A stretch of DNA of 63,090 bases, the filler included. It is 5 parts of 5 records of this genome, joined end to end, with 100 filler letters (N's around TTAATTAATTAA, not from the genome) between each part and the next. Parts side by side here need not be neighbours in the genome. Positions count along the whole stretch, not along the records: positions 16,155 to 42,965 come from SRR31156797_10642; positions 43,066 to 55,652 come from SRR31156797_10674; 3 more parts are not named here. One strand, given 5' to 3'. The position numbers and the translations under genes are program-made. The notes under the pieces are model-generated. The model was given only the letters and a program-made list of their open reading frames with translations, ran no database searches and was not told the DNA's origin. Below are positions 41,221-51,925 of the stretch, in pieces. Within the stretch, counting starts at the first letter, position 1; each line of letters starts with the position of its first letter.

Positions 41221-42965
41221 TTATTGTGCCTCAAACACAACTGTATTTTTGATAAAATCTACCATAACATTATAAGTACCATTAGCCAGATCTTTCACAT
41301 CTTCCATATTGGCACCCAGGTAACTCATGCTATCAAACGACCCTCCAAACGATCGGTTCCAGGACTGATCGATATGAATGGCCATTCCGTATGGAGACTC
41401 TGCACTTATAGTAGCTGTTCCGGTATAAACTCCTGCAGTGCTTTTGCTTAATACAATAGATGTAAAGTCCCATACATCATTAATTCCGGTAATATAAACC
41501 TCATCACCTAAGATGGTATAAGTTTGACTTTTGGTATTCACAATTAAGTCATAGGTTCCTGCTGCAATGGAAGCATCATCAGTAAATCCATCAGCTAAAT
41601 ACGATAGTTGACCATCAGCTCCTCCAAAGAAGTAATCCCAACTACCATTCAGATATAATTTAGCACCATAATCAGAAGCTGCTGCAATATTTACACTGCT
41701 GGTATAAACACCTGCAAGAGCTGATTCTGTCATGGCTACCATATTCCAATCATTATTAAATCCTGCATAACTCACACTACTCACTTCTGTGTGACTGTAA
41801 GTAAGGTTTTTTAAATCAGCTTCAATTAAATACAAGCCGGCAGCAGGCGGAGTAATATTATTGGCTCCGTTTAATTCCAGAATGCCTTCGGAAGCACCCA
41901 TTTTATAATGATTATCCCAATTATCCTTTTCTAAGGACATGGTGTATCCCCATTCTGAATTAACTGAAACAATACCGGCAAAAGTAGAGTCTTCTTCACT
42001 TAACAAATTCAGATAATTGTCGAAAGTCCATGCTCCTGAAGATAAGTCATCAACACCCGGTAAGTATAAAAACTCGCTAATCGGATCTTCTACAACAGTA
42101 GCTCCTTCAGTAATTTCGTAAGTCCAATTTGTTGGATCAGCCAGGTAGAAAGATAAGGTATAATCACCGGCAGTTCCAAAGGTAATATTACCAGCTGATG
42201 CGGCTGCCATATCTATGCTTAAGCCACCGTTACCGTCAGGAATAAAACCAAACTCAGCATCAAGCGCCGCCTCATCATCTGTAGACGTTGATAAATTATA
42301 TAGCTTGGCATCGCCACAACTCACCTGAACAGTAGCATTATCAGTAGTAGTCGTTACAGAAACATACCATTTAACTTCTGCTCTAACAAAAGTCATATCA
42401 GCGCTTACATCACCTGTTACATTTAGTGTTGGTAAGTAAGTGGCATTCCACTCTTTGGTTTTGGTGTTTAATGTGGTATAATAGCAACCTCCTAAACCTG
42501 GATACCAGAAGTTCCACATGGTAGCTTCATCTGATGAAAGTAAGAATGCTGAACCATCCACGCCATCATTACCCCAGGTAGTTCCATCACCTTCTAATAA
42601 ATACCAATTATTCCAGGCCGTTGCTCCGGTAAAACCGTAATACTCTCCATTAGCATCCGGTGAATATAGCATAAAACCAGTTTCGGCCTTGTCTATATCG
42701 AGTATAAAACCTTTAGTCATATCAATAGTGTAGCAGGTAACATTTATCGCTAACACATTACTGTAAAAAGGTTTGGTATTTAATCCGTAAGCCTGATTAA
42801 CCCTAAAATACATAGGTGTTGCTTCTCCTGCTGTAAAACCAAAGTTTTTAGCCAAGGTATTTAACTGAGCCCCTGAAAAGGCAAACATATTACTTTCCGG
42901 CTCAATAAGCTCATAACTTTCAAATGTTTCAGTACTTGAGATCTCAATACTCACATTTGGAATTC
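41221..42965 (-). CDS. SusE/F-like (DUF5114-like) glycan-binding protein, 5'-truncated at the contig end
   Basis: Frame is open to the linker; repeated W/G-rich beta domains; lies upstream of GH53 as in galactan PULs. Confidence 0.7.
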
Positions 42966-43065
42966 NNNNNNNNNNNNNNNNNNNNNNNNNNNNNNNNNNN
43001 NNNNNNNNNTTAATTAATTAANNNNNNNNNNNNNNNNNNNNNNNNNNNNNNNNNNNNNNNNNNNN
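42966..43065. other. Artificial contig linker
   Basis: N44-TTAATTAATTAA-N44. Confidence 0.98.
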
Positions 43066-43067
43066 TT

Positions 43068-43322
43068 AATACAATCGTTCCTTATTTATTTGCGTTTGGG
43101 AAGCAAAATGGACAAGAAGCATATGCAGAAAAAGCAATTGAATGGTTAAGAAAGATAAAAGCAGAGCAGAATAATCTACTTAATAAGTGGAAAGAGTATG
43201 AAATTGTAGCAAAAAATGCCGCAGATTCTCAGGCTTTAATATATTTGTCAAACTATTATTGTAAGCAACAAAAGTGCCTGCATTGTAGAATAGGTCATAA
43301 TGTATTAGCAATTAAAAACTAG
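43068..43322 (+). CDS. DUF2851 family protein, C-terminal fragment
   Basis: My translation: NTIVPYLFAFG...NAADSQALIYL...YCKQQKCLHCRIG*. Confidence 0.85.
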   Translation, partial: NTIVPYLFAFGKQNGQEAYAEKAIEWLRKIKAEQNNLLNKWKEYEIVAKNAADSQALIYLSNYYCKQQKCLHCRIGHNVLAIKN

Positions 43323-43323
43323 C

Positions 43324-44358
43324 GTGAATAGCAGAGTTCCATATTTAGATAATTTTAGAACCATAGCCTATGGTGTAGCAGCCTTAATTTTTATGGTTTT
43401 GTTGGGTAGTGTTGGGTATATGGCTGTTGAGCATTACTCTTTTGTAGATGCTCTTTATATGACTGTGATTACTGTGTCTACAGTGGGTTTTAGAGAAGTG
43501 TTCCCTCTGTCGGATGGAGGAAAGATTTTTACGGTTATTCTGATTATTTTTAGCTTAGGAATCTTTGGTTATGTTATTACTTCTATCACACGTTTAGTTG
43601 TGGAAGGAGCCTTGCATCAATCTTATAAACAATATCAAGTGAAAAAGAAAATTGTAAAACTCGAAGATCATGTGATCGTGTGTGGATTTGGTAGAAATGG
43701 TTATCAGGCCTGCGAAGAGTTAAAAGAACATGGTGAAAAGTTTGTGATTCTTGAAAAACGAGATAATGTGGTTGCAAGAATATTAGAAGATCCTACATTA
43801 CTATATGTTCAGGGAGATGCAAGTTCTGAGGAAGTATTGGATGTTGCTCAAATCCGAAGAGCTAAGGCATTAATTACTGCTTTACCTAATGATGCCGATA
43901 ATATATTTGTGGTTTTAACTGCAAGAGAGATGAATCCAAAGCTTAAGATTATTAGTCGGGCTAGTGATTTTCGTTCTGATGTTAAATTAAAGCATGCCGG
44001 AGCTACTAATGTTATTATGCCCGACAGAATTGGAGGACAAAGAATGGCAAAACTGGTAACGCAACCAGATGTTGTTGAGTTTGTAGAGAATATTCTACTT
44101 CAAAAAAGTAAGGAAGTAAAACTTACTGAGGTAGAGTGTGAGTGCATGGCCGAAGATAATCAAGCGAAGACTATACAAGAATTAAATTTGCGAAAAAAAA
44201 CCGGAGCTAATTTAATGGGATTAAAAACACCAGAAGGTACCTATATCTTTAATCCTTCACCTCAAATAAAATTATCGCCAGAAGATAAACTGTTTGTATT
44301 GGGAACCGATGAGCAGATAGAACAATTTAAAGAGATATTGAAAGATAAAAACAATTAA
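43324..44358 (+). CDS. Potassium channel with RCK (TrkA-N/C) domains
   Basis: TVSTVGFRE pore motif; IVCGFGRNG; GDAS. Confidence 0.92.
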   Translation: MNSRVPYLDNFRTIAYGVAALIFMVLLGSVGYMAVEHYSFVDALYMTVITVSTVGFREVFPLSDGGKIFTVILIIFSLGIFGYVITSITRLVVEGALHQSYKQYQVKKKIVKLEDHVIVCGFGRNGYQACEELKEHGEKFVILEKRDNVVARILEDPTLLYVQGDASSEEVLDVAQIRRAKALITALPNDADNIFVVLTAREMNPKLKIISRASDFRSDVKLKHAGATNVIMPDRIGGQRMAKLVTQPDVVEFVENILLQKSKEVKLTEVECECMAEDNQAKTIQELNLRKKTGANLMGLKTPEGTYIFNPSPQIKLSPEDKLFVLGTDEQIEQFKEILKDKNN

Positions 44359-44482
44359 GAAAAGATTAATGGTATTTTTAATAATCCCTTTTTCATTTTC
44401 TTAATTTTAAATGTAAATTCAAACTAATAAATACTTTGGCTTTATTTTTGATTTGATCAATGATAAAGAATATTAACCAAAA

Positions 44483-45079
44483 ATGGTCGTTATGAAAATT
44501 AAACAAACAATTGGACTTGGCGTATTAGCAATCTGTCTTACAATAGGTACATATAGCTGTAAGTCAAAAGAAAAAGTGGCCACTAACAGCGAAGTTGGTG
44601 AAATTTTGGAAGATATGCCTTGTGAAAATGCAGGTCGTTCCGATAAAAAATACTTTAGAGCTTTCTCAATGGCAACTAGTAGTGACTTAAGCCTTTCTAA
44701 AGAAAAAGCACTTTTATTAGCTAAGCAACGTTTAGTTACTTTAATTGAATCTAATACAAAATCAGTGACTGATCGTTATGTTAATGAGCGAGAAATGGGT
44801 TCTGCTTCTGAATTTGAGCAAAAATTCGAAAACCTTACTCGTGAGGTTGCAGATGAAACAATAAGCAATATTGTTGTTGCTTGCGAAAAATCAAGTGTAT
44901 TACCAAGTAAAAAGTACCGTTCTTTTGTAGCCATCGAAGTGGAAAAAGAGGAGCTACTTAATTCCATGAATAATCGTATTTCTAATGACGCTAAGCTTCA
45001 AATAGATTACGATAAAAAGAAATACGAAGAGATATTTAATCAGGAAATGGAAAAAATGGCTGAAGAAAGAGGATACTAA
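44483..45079 (+). CDS. Hypothetical lipoprotein (LPP20-like)
   Basis: Lipobox TYSC; helical conserved-looking core. Confidence 0.7.
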   Translation: MVVMKIKQTIGLGVLAICLTIGTYSCKSKEKVATNSEVGEILEDMPCENAGRSDKKYFRAFSMATSSDLSLSKEKALLLAKQRLVTLIESNTKSVTDRYVNEREMGSASEFEQKFENLTREVADETISNIVVACEKSSVLPSKKYRSFVAIEVEKEELLNSMNNRISNDAKLQIDYDKKKYEEIFNQEMEKMAEERGY

Positions 45080-45102
45080 TCTCTGGTTGTTTTTAAGATA
45101 TT

Positions 45103-45132
45103 AAGGCTACTCTTTTTGGGGTGGCCTTTTTT
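45103..45132 (+). terminator. Intrinsic terminator
   Basis: AAGGCTACTC...GGGGTGGCCTT followed by a T-run. Confidence 0.75.
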
Positions 45133-45273
45133 CGTTTTAATTATTATGTGCTAAGTGCAGGTGTTAATGAAGTGAATTTGGGAACATATCGGTCTATAAT
45201 TTAGGCATTTAATATTTTGTTTGATTTTAAAGTTTTATTATCTTAAGTATAGTAAAACTCTAAAACCCAACTT

Positions 45274-45993
45274 ATGATTTCAAATCCCTTTTATTACAAA
45301 TTTCACCCCTCAGAATTTTATGAATTTAGTGTAAGAATTATTTCTATTTTAAATGCATTGGATACGGAAATTTTAGGGCTTTCGAAGCCACTTAGAGAGG
45401 TAAGTGTAGCTACTAAAAGATTAGGAGAAATGTTAAAGCTCTCTAGTGGAAAGGATAAAACGTATGCTTTACTAAAAGCGGATAGTCTAAGGAATGATGC
45501 TATTTCTGCCATTAAGCATTATTTGTTAGCTTGTCAAAAAAGAAATAATACAACCTGGAAAGTTTCGGCTAAACTACTTATTGAAGCGATACAAAAATAT
45601 GGATGGCAATTAGAAAAGGATTGTATCGAAGAGGAAAGTTCAAAAATAGAGATGCTTTTGAAAGATCTAAAGGAGTTTCCTCAATTAAAAGAAGCGCTTG
45701 ATACCTTAAATATGAAAGAATGGCTTTATGAATTGGAGGATGCGCAAAGTGCTGTTGATTTACATGTTAGAAACTGCTTTGGTAATATTTCATTTGAAGA
45801 AAGTAGTCTTTGTAAGGAGATTAAAAACTCCTATGATTTGGTTTTTCGATATGTAGATGTGATGCAACAAATTCAGCCGAATCGCATTTATGTTCAGATT
45901 ATCAATAAGATAAATCAAACAATTGATGAATTTAATAGCGAGGTAAGATCAAGAGCCAATAAAAATGGACTTATAGCAGAGGCAGTTGATTAA
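45274..45993 (+). CDS. DUF6261-like protein
   Basis: ADSLRNDA...SAKLL...KYG...EESSKI...WLYELEDAQ pattern. Confidence 0.65.
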   Translation: MISNPFYYKFHPSEFYEFSVRIISILNALDTEILGLSKPLREVSVATKRLGEMLKLSSGKDKTYALLKADSLRNDAISAIKHYLLACQKRNNTTWKVSAKLLIEAIQKYGWQLEKDCIEEESSKIEMLLKDLKEFPQLKEALDTLNMKEWLYELEDAQSAVDLHVRNCFGNISFEESSLCKEIKNSYDLVFRYVDVMQQIQPNRIYVQIINKINQTIDEFNSEVRSRANKNGLIAEAVD

Positions 45994-46020
45994 ATGTTGT
46001 AATTTATAATAAGTGAGTTT

Positions 46021-46052
46021 AACATCCGGTATGATTATATATCGGATGTTTT
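46021..46052 (+). terminator. Intrinsic terminator
   Basis: AACATCCGGTAT...ATATCGGATGTT followed by T's. Confidence 0.7.
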
Positions 46053-46106
46053 ATTTTAACATAAAATTGCGTAAATTGATGGGTATAAATTTCTAATCCC
46101 TTTTCT

Positions 46107-47645
46107 ATGCTTGTAAAAACATATGGAGCCGCAGTGAGTGGTATTGATGCGGTTACTATTACAATCGAAGTAAATTTTTCAAAAGGTATCAAGTTTTTTT
46201 TAGTGGGGTTGCCGGATAATGCAGTAAAGGAAAGTCAACAAAGGATACAGTCGGCATTGGGAGTAAGTGATTTTAAATGGCCTGGAAAAAAGATCGTTAT
46301 TAATATGGCTCCAGCAGACATTCGAAAAGAAGGATCTTCTTATGATCTTCCCTTGGCTATTGGAATTTTAGCAGCGTCTAACCAAATTGATAATGATTCA
46401 CTAACGGATTATATTATGATGGGAGAGTTGTCTTTGGATGGAAGTTTACAGCCTGTTAAGGGAGCATTGCCTATTGCAGTTAGAGCAAAAGAAGAAGGAT
46501 TTAAGGGTTTAATTTTGCCGGAGCAAAATGCACGGGAAGCAGCTGTTGTGCAGGGGCTGTCGGTTTACGGTGCACAAAATATAAGAGAGGTTGCTGATTT
46601 TTTAAATAATGAAGGTGATTTAAACCCTATCGAGGTTGATACTGAAGCGGAGTTCTATAAGCAAATGATGAATGATGATCTTGATTTTGTTGATGTAAAA
46701 GGGCAGGAGTCTGTAAAAAGGGCGTTAGAAATAGCTGCAGCTGGCGGGCATAATTTACTAATGATTGGACCTCCAGGTGCAGGAAAATCGATGATCGCAA
46801 AACGATTACCTTCCATATTACCGCCGTTAACCTTAGATGAGGCTTTGGAAACAACAAAAATTCACTCTGTTGCCGGTAAAATTCAAAATAATACAGCACT
46901 TTTAACTCAACGCCCTTTCAGAAGTCCACATCATACTATAAGTGATGTAGCACTTGTCGGTGGTGGTGGATTTCCTCAACCGGGCGAAATATCTCTTGCT
47001 CATCATGGTGTTTTGTTTTTAGATGAATTACCAGAGTTTAAACGAACGGTTTTAGAAGTGATGCGGCAGCCGTTAGAGGATCGGGTAATCAGTATTTCCA
47101 GAGCAAGGTTTAGTGTAGATTATCCGGCTAGTTTTATGCTTATTTCAAGTATGAACCCTTGCCCTTGTGGCTATTTTAATCATCCTGAGAAAAAATGTGT
47201 ATGTAGTCCGGGAGTTGTGCAGCGCTATTTAAGTAAAATATCAGGTCCTTTACTTGATAGAATAGACTTGCAGATTGAGGTAGTGCCTGTTCCATTTAAA
47301 GAATTAAGTAATGCTGTAATATCTGAAAAAAGTAGAAATATCAGAGAGAGAGTTATAAAGGCCCGTAAGATACAAAGTGAAAGGTATAAGGATATCGAGG
47401 CTGTTTATTGCAATGCGCAAATGAATTCTAAACTTCAGCGAAAGTTTGCTATGCCAACATCCGAAGCAATGGAGATTTTAAAAAATGCAATGGAAAAACT
47501 TGATTTGTCTGCCCGAGCTTATGATCGGATATTAAAGGTTGGAAGAACTATTGCTGATCTTGAGGGAGAAGAAGTTGTGCAATCGCACCATATTGCAGAA
47601 GCAGTTCAATATAGAAATTTGGATAAGGCAGGCTGGGTCAATTAA
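46107..47645 (+). CDS. comM: YifB/ComM family Mg-chelatase-like AAA ATPase
   Basis: VGLPDNAVKES, NMAPADIRKEG, GPPGAGKS, RSPHH, FLDELPEF, NPCPCG. Confidence 0.93.
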   Translation: MLVKTYGAAVSGIDAVTITIEVNFSKGIKFFLVGLPDNAVKESQQRIQSALGVSDFKWPGKKIVINMAPADIRKEGSSYDLPLAIGILAASNQIDNDSLTDYIMMGELSLDGSLQPVKGALPIAVRAKEEGFKGLILPEQNAREAAVVQGLSVYGAQNIREVADFLNNEGDLNPIEVDTEAEFYKQMMNDDLDFVDVKGQESVKRALEIAAAGGHNLLMIGPPGAGKSMIAKRLPSILPPLTLDEALETTKIHSVAGKIQNNTALLTQRPFRSPHHTISDVALVGGGGFPQPGEISLAHHGVLFLDELPEFKRTVLEVMRQPLEDRVISISRARFSVDYPASFMLISSMNPCPCGYFNHPEKKCVCSPGVVQRYLSKISGPLLDRIDLQIEVVPVPFKELSNAVISEKSRNIRERVIKARKIQSERYKDIEAVYCNAQMNSKLQRKFAMPTSEAMEILKNAMEKLDLSARAYDRILKVGRTIADLEGEEVVQSHHIAEAVQYRNLDKAGWVN

Positions 47646-47763
47646 AAGAAGGTAAATTTCTAGATTAGAAAGAATCTAAAATAATCAGCCATTCAAAGCA
47701 GGTTATAGAACGATCTTGTATATTTTTGAACACTATTTAAACCAATTAACTTAGATATTAAGT

Positions 47764-48450
47764 ATGGCAGATGAGTTTACAACCAATAGTCTAATGGATC
47801 CTATTGGAAGATTAATGGGATTAAGATATAAATCACATCCGTGGCATGGTATTAATATAGGTGATGAGGCACCTGAGATTGTAACAACTTTTATAGAGGT
47901 GGTTCCCACAGATACGATTAAGTATGAAATTGATAAGTCGACTGGCTATTTAAAAATAGACAGACCGCAAAAGTATTCAAATGTCGTCCCGGCACTTTAT
48001 GGATTTATACCACAAACATATTGTGGTCCTAGAATTGGTAAGTTTTGCGCAGAAAAATCTGGAAGAGAATCAATCCAAGGAGATGGAGATCCGTTGGATA
48101 TTTGTGTGCTTACGGAAAAGGAAGTTCCACATGGTGATATTATTGCACATGCTCGTCCTATTGGTGGTTTTAGGATGATTGATGGTAATCAGGCAGATGA
48201 CAAGATTATTGCTGTTTTAAAGGGAGATATCGTATATGGCAATATGAAGGACATTGAAGAATTACCCGAGCTTGTTATTAATAGACTTAAGCACTATTTT
48301 TTGACTTATAAGGATATGCCGGGTTTAGATGCCGATTGTGAAATAACGCATATTTATAATTCAGTTGAAGCTAAAGAAATAATAAAGCTATCAGCTTTGG
48401 ATTATGATTCCCGTTTTGATAGTTTAAGAAATGCACTTTCAAATTATTAA
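47764..48450 (+). CDS. ppa: Soluble inorganic pyrophosphatase (family I)
   Basis: HPWHG, KYEIDK, YGFIPQT, DGDPLDI, DDKII. Confidence 0.93.
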   Translation: MADEFTTNSLMDPIGRLMGLRYKSHPWHGINIGDEAPEIVTTFIEVVPTDTIKYEIDKSTGYLKIDRPQKYSNVVPALYGFIPQTYCGPRIGKFCAEKSGRESIQGDGDPLDICVLTEKEVPHGDIIAHARPIGGFRMIDGNQADDKIIAVLKGDIVYGNMKDIEELPELVINRLKHYFLTYKDMPGLDADCEITHIYNSVEAKEIIKLSALDYDSRFDSLRNALSNY

Positions 48451-48461
48451 CCGAATTTTAG

Positions 48462-48495
48462 AACGTCTTTTACCAACTTGTAAAAGGCGTTTTTT
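48462..48495 (+). terminator. Intrinsic terminator
   Basis: AACGTCTTTTAC...GTAAAAGGCGTT followed by a T-run. Confidence 0.75.
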
Positions 48496-48583
48496 ATGCT
48501 CACCTTATTTTCTCGCTCTTTACTTTTTATTAATTATTCCTTATCTTTTATACAATTGAAAAATTGTAAATGGAGGAATTATT

Positions 48584-49057
48584 ATGCCACTATCTAAATT
48601 AGAATCCTACTTAAGGAATGAGGATGTATCCTTTAATAAGATTGTACATCATAAAACCTACACAGCACAGCGTACAGCAGCTGATACACATATTTCAGGC
48701 AAGGAAATCGCAAAAACGGTGATTATGAAAATTGATGGCCAGATGTGTATGGTTGTTTTACCTGGAGATATGCAGGTTGATTTTAATTTGTTAAAGGAAG
48801 CTACAGGAGCTAAGGATATACGTTTAGCTACAGAAATGGAGTTTAAAGATATATTTGAAAATTGTGAGGTTGGTGCTATGCCACCTTTTGGTAATCTGTA
48901 TAATATGCCTGTTTATGTTGCAGAAGCATTAAAAGAAGATGTTTTTATCGCTTTTAATGCAGGAACACATAGTATGCTAATCCAAATGAAGTATGCAGAT
49001 TTTGAAAGGTTAGTTCAGCCTACAATTATGAAGATTGCTCATCATGCGAATTGTTAA
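48584..49057 (+). CDS. YbaK/EbsC family aminoacyl-tRNA deacylase
   Basis: IAKTV, RLATE, CEVGAMPPFG, FNAGTH. Confidence 0.92.
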   Translation: MPLSKLESYLRNEDVSFNKIVHHKTYTAQRTAADTHISGKEIAKTVIMKIDGQMCMVVLPGDMQVDFNLLKEATGAKDIRLATEMEFKDIFENCEVGAMPPFGNLYNMPVYVAEALKEDVFIAFNAGTHSMLIQMKYADFERLVQPTIMKIAHHANC

Positions 49058-49156
49058 GTTTTAGGGTGGAAAGGATTTTTGACCTTTCTGTTAATTAAAA
49101 AATATGTTTCTGAATTATCTCGTTTAGAAATTTCTTTCCGGGTTTTAAATTAAAGT

Positions 49157-49194
49157 AAAAAAGCTGTTCCAACGTTTTGGTAACAGCTTTTTTT
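49157..49194. terminator. Bidirectional-type terminator
   Basis: AAAAAAGCTGTT...AACAGCTTTTTT. Confidence 0.75.
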
Positions 49195-49520
49195 GCACTA
49201 GCAAAATCGAAAAGGGTAAAAAAATAGTAGTTATTTTTTAAATCATTCTCACTTAAATCAAACGAAATCTTAGATGTATTTCATTTGTTTGTGATCAAAA
49301 TCAAATTTGTTTTTTGATTTCGATGTACAAATGAATAATAGTTTTGATAATACAGCAAATAAAAGGTATTATAAGACTTCCGAGGGGGTAAAAAACATTA
49401 TTTAGGGACGAAAATATAACATGTGGGATGTATTTTGTAAATTTTCATTCCTTTATAGTTGTATTATTTTTACTATTATTTTGTTTTTAAGAATTAATTT
49501 ATCACTACTTTCGTGTTTAA

Positions 49521-50378
49521 ATGGATTTGAATCAAAACATACCGGCATATTTAATTTCGAAACGGAACATTGTTAGATTAATCATCTTTACTGCGGGATT
49601 TGCATTACTCTTCATTAATCTATACTCGCCATTTGATGTGCGTAATTGGTTTGGTTTTGATTTAAAATCACAGGAGCTCTTGTTGTATTCTAGTCTGGTA
49701 ATATTAACTGGAGTGTTAGTTGCTGTAGTTTCAAGGGTTATTCTTTATCATTACAATAAAAAAGAGATAAGAACCAAAATATGGGCTTTCATCTGTATAA
49801 TAGGTTTGGAAGTTATATTTATGTCTTTGTTTTATACAATATACGAGTCGGTATTTATAAAAAATGATACGAGGAATTTTCTAGAAGTTTATAAGGCTTC
49901 GTTTCAAAATACTGCCTTGGTTCTTTTATTGCCATATGCCGTTATGTGGCTGTATTTTTCTTGGTTGGATAAGGCAAATAAAATAAAAGAGTTAACCGCT
50001 TCGGAAGACACAGTTCCTATTGATGGGAAAATGATGGTTCCATTTTTGGATGAAAAAGGAACTATGCGAATCACCTTAAAACTGGATGATATTTTGTATT
50101 TAAAAGGTGCTGATAATTATGTATCCATCTTCTATAGAAACAAAAATACTGTTTCCAAGTTCTTACTGCGCAATACTATTAAAAACCTTGAGGATCAAAT
50201 AAAAGAACTACCAATTACAAGGTGTCATCGTTCTTATATGGTTAATTTTGAAAAGATTAAGGTAATAAGGCGCGAAAAAGGTATTCATTTACTCGAAATG
50301 GATACAGACACGCCTATCGAAGTACCTTTGTCCAAAACATATATGAATAAAGTTTTTGAGGTCTTTGGAAAAATTTAG
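49521..50378 (+). CDS. Membrane-anchored LytTR family regulator
   Basis: Four TM segments, then ILYLKGADNYV...RCHRSYMVN...VPLSKTY. Confidence 0.88.
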   Translation: MDLNQNIPAYLISKRNIVRLIIFTAGFALLFINLYSPFDVRNWFGFDLKSQELLLYSSLVILTGVLVAVVSRVILYHYNKKEIRTKIWAFICIIGLEVIFMSLFYTIYESVFIKNDTRNFLEVYKASFQNTALVLLLPYAVMWLYFSWLDKANKIKELTASEDTVPIDGKMMVPFLDEKGTMRITLKLDDILYLKGADNYVSIFYRNKNTVSKFLLRNTIKNLEDQIKELPITRCHRSYMVNFEKIKVIRREKGIHLLEMDTDTPIEVPLSKTYMNKVFEVFGKI

Positions 50379-50812
50379 TTCTGAAGAGGAAGTATAAATA
50401 GGGTAAAAATCCAACAACCTACGCAAAAGTTTGCCACACATTCTAATCCTGCAAACAATATTAAAGCATAAGATAATGTTTCACTAACAATGGATAAACC
50501 TGTTAATTGAAATATAAATATTAGGAATGTAAAAATAAAACCTAATCTTGCTGCAAATATTTTAGGGGCTTTGTCGATAAGTTTGCCTTTTTTTCGAATG
50601 TTAGCAGAAATGAATCGCGATAGTTTTGCCACTGGACTATACTCGCCTTTTGTAAATCCTCTTAAAAAGAAATCAACTAATAAAAATGCAGGTATCAGTA
50701 TGTTATTTGTTAAAACATATAAAAATAGAAGGAATACAACTATTGATCCACTTATTCGTGGTAATAAATCAGATATTCTCTCTGAAGATAACGGACATAC
50801 AAGGTTTTTCAT
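50375..50812 (-). CDS. DUF4395 family membrane protein
   Basis: DFFLRGF, APKIFAARLG, LECVANFCVGC. Confidence 0.85.
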   Translation of the reverse strand: MKNLVCPLSSERISDLLPRISGSIVVFLLFLYVLTNNILIPAFLLVDFFLRGFTKGEYSPVAKLSRFISANIRKKGKLIDKAPKIFAARLGFIFTFLIFIFQLTGLSIVSETLSYALILFAGLECVANFCVGCWIFTLFILPLQN

Positions 50813-50942
50813 GCTTATTAATTTTGAAGTTGTAATAGTTAAACCTTTGTTCGATTAAAAGGTTTTTCTTTTAAAGCATATATATCCTATATTTTAAATA
50901 GGAAATAGGATTTTGTAGTAATAGGTTTATTTTAATTATCTA

Positions 50943-50979
50943 TATATTTGTGCAGAAATTAAGATTGCATAATTGCAGT
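50943..50979 (+). promoter_or_regulatory. Bacteroidota -7 element and a downstream palindromic operator candidate for the metal ABC operon
   Basis: TATATTTG (TAnnTTTG) at 50943-50950; ATTGCA-TAAT-TGCAGT at 50964-50979. Confidence 0.45.
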
Positions 50980-51052
50980 ATCACAGGTAAACAAACTTTA
51001 AATATCCTTGTTAGTAAGCTTTGGTTTATTAAAATAAAATACCTTAATAAAG

Positions 51053-51925
51053 ATGTTAGAAAAATGTAGATTTTGTGTATTGTTGGTTCTAATTGGAAGT
51101 TTATTTGCTTGTGTTGAGAATAAAACTGATAAACAGAATGTATCAGTAAGTATTTTACCGCAGAAATTTGTGATAGATTACCTGACAAATGAACAATTGC
51201 CAGTAAATGTTATGATACCGAAGGGTAGTAGTCCTGCTACTTATTCGCCAACTCCAAGGCAAATACAGCTATTAGAAAATTCGAGGGTTTATATTAAAAT
51301 TGGTCATATTGGATTTGAACAATCCTGGACTAATAGAATTATGGAAATTTTTCCGTCTATTCAGATATATGATTCTTCGCTCGGTATTGAATTAATATCA
51401 GAAGAAGATTTTCATCATGGAGATCATGTGCATAAGGGTGGAATAGATCCGCATATCTGGACATCCCCAAAAACAATGAAAACGGTGGTGGAAAACACAA
51501 AGGGTATTTTAATTAAAGAATTTCCTGAGTTAAAGGAGCAAATTGAGGAAAATGCATACAAACTGTCAAATGAAATTGCTAGGTTGGATAGTTTGTATTT
51601 TAATACTATGGCTAATCTAGAGCAAAAAATATTTTATATATATCATCCTGCATATACCTATCTGGCAAGAGATTACGGTATAGAACAGATTTCAATTGAA
51701 ACAGAAGGTAAGGAACCTAGTGTAAAATGGATTCAAAGTATTGTTGAAAAAGCGAAAGAAGAAAATATAAAAGCTATTTTTATACAAGAGGAATTTGATA
51801 GAAAAAATGCAGAGCTTATCGCAAAGGAGATTGATATAGATATTGTTCAGGTTAATCCTTTAGCTTATAATTGGCTTGAAGAGATGGAAGATACTCTAAA
51901 TAAATTTAAGGAAACGTTAAACTAA
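51053..51925 (+). CDS. Zn/Mn ABC transporter substrate-binding lipoprotein (ZnuA-like)
   Basis: Lipobox LFAC; His-rich loop; DPHIWTSP; HPAYTY. Confidence 0.9.
   Translation: MLEKCRFCVLLVLIGSLFACVENKTDKQNVSVSILPQKFVIDYLTNEQLPVNVMIPKGSSPATYSPTPRQIQLLENSRVYIKIGHIGFEQSWTNRIMEIFPSIQIYDSSLGIELISEEDFHHGDHVHKGGIDPHIWTSPKTMKTVVENTKGILIKEFPELKEQIEENAYKLSNEIARLDSLYFNTMANLEQKIFYIYHPAYTYLARDYGIEQISIETEGKEPSVKWIQSIVEKAKEENIKAIFIQEEFDRKNAELIAKEIDIDIVQVNPLAYNWLEEMEDTLNKFKETLN

Noticed and set aside
35128-42965. GH26, GH53 and the ECF PUL as one large galactomannan locus
   Set aside because: They are separated by unrelated genes, opposite orientations and terminators; the GH53 unit belongs to a PUL cut off at the contig end.
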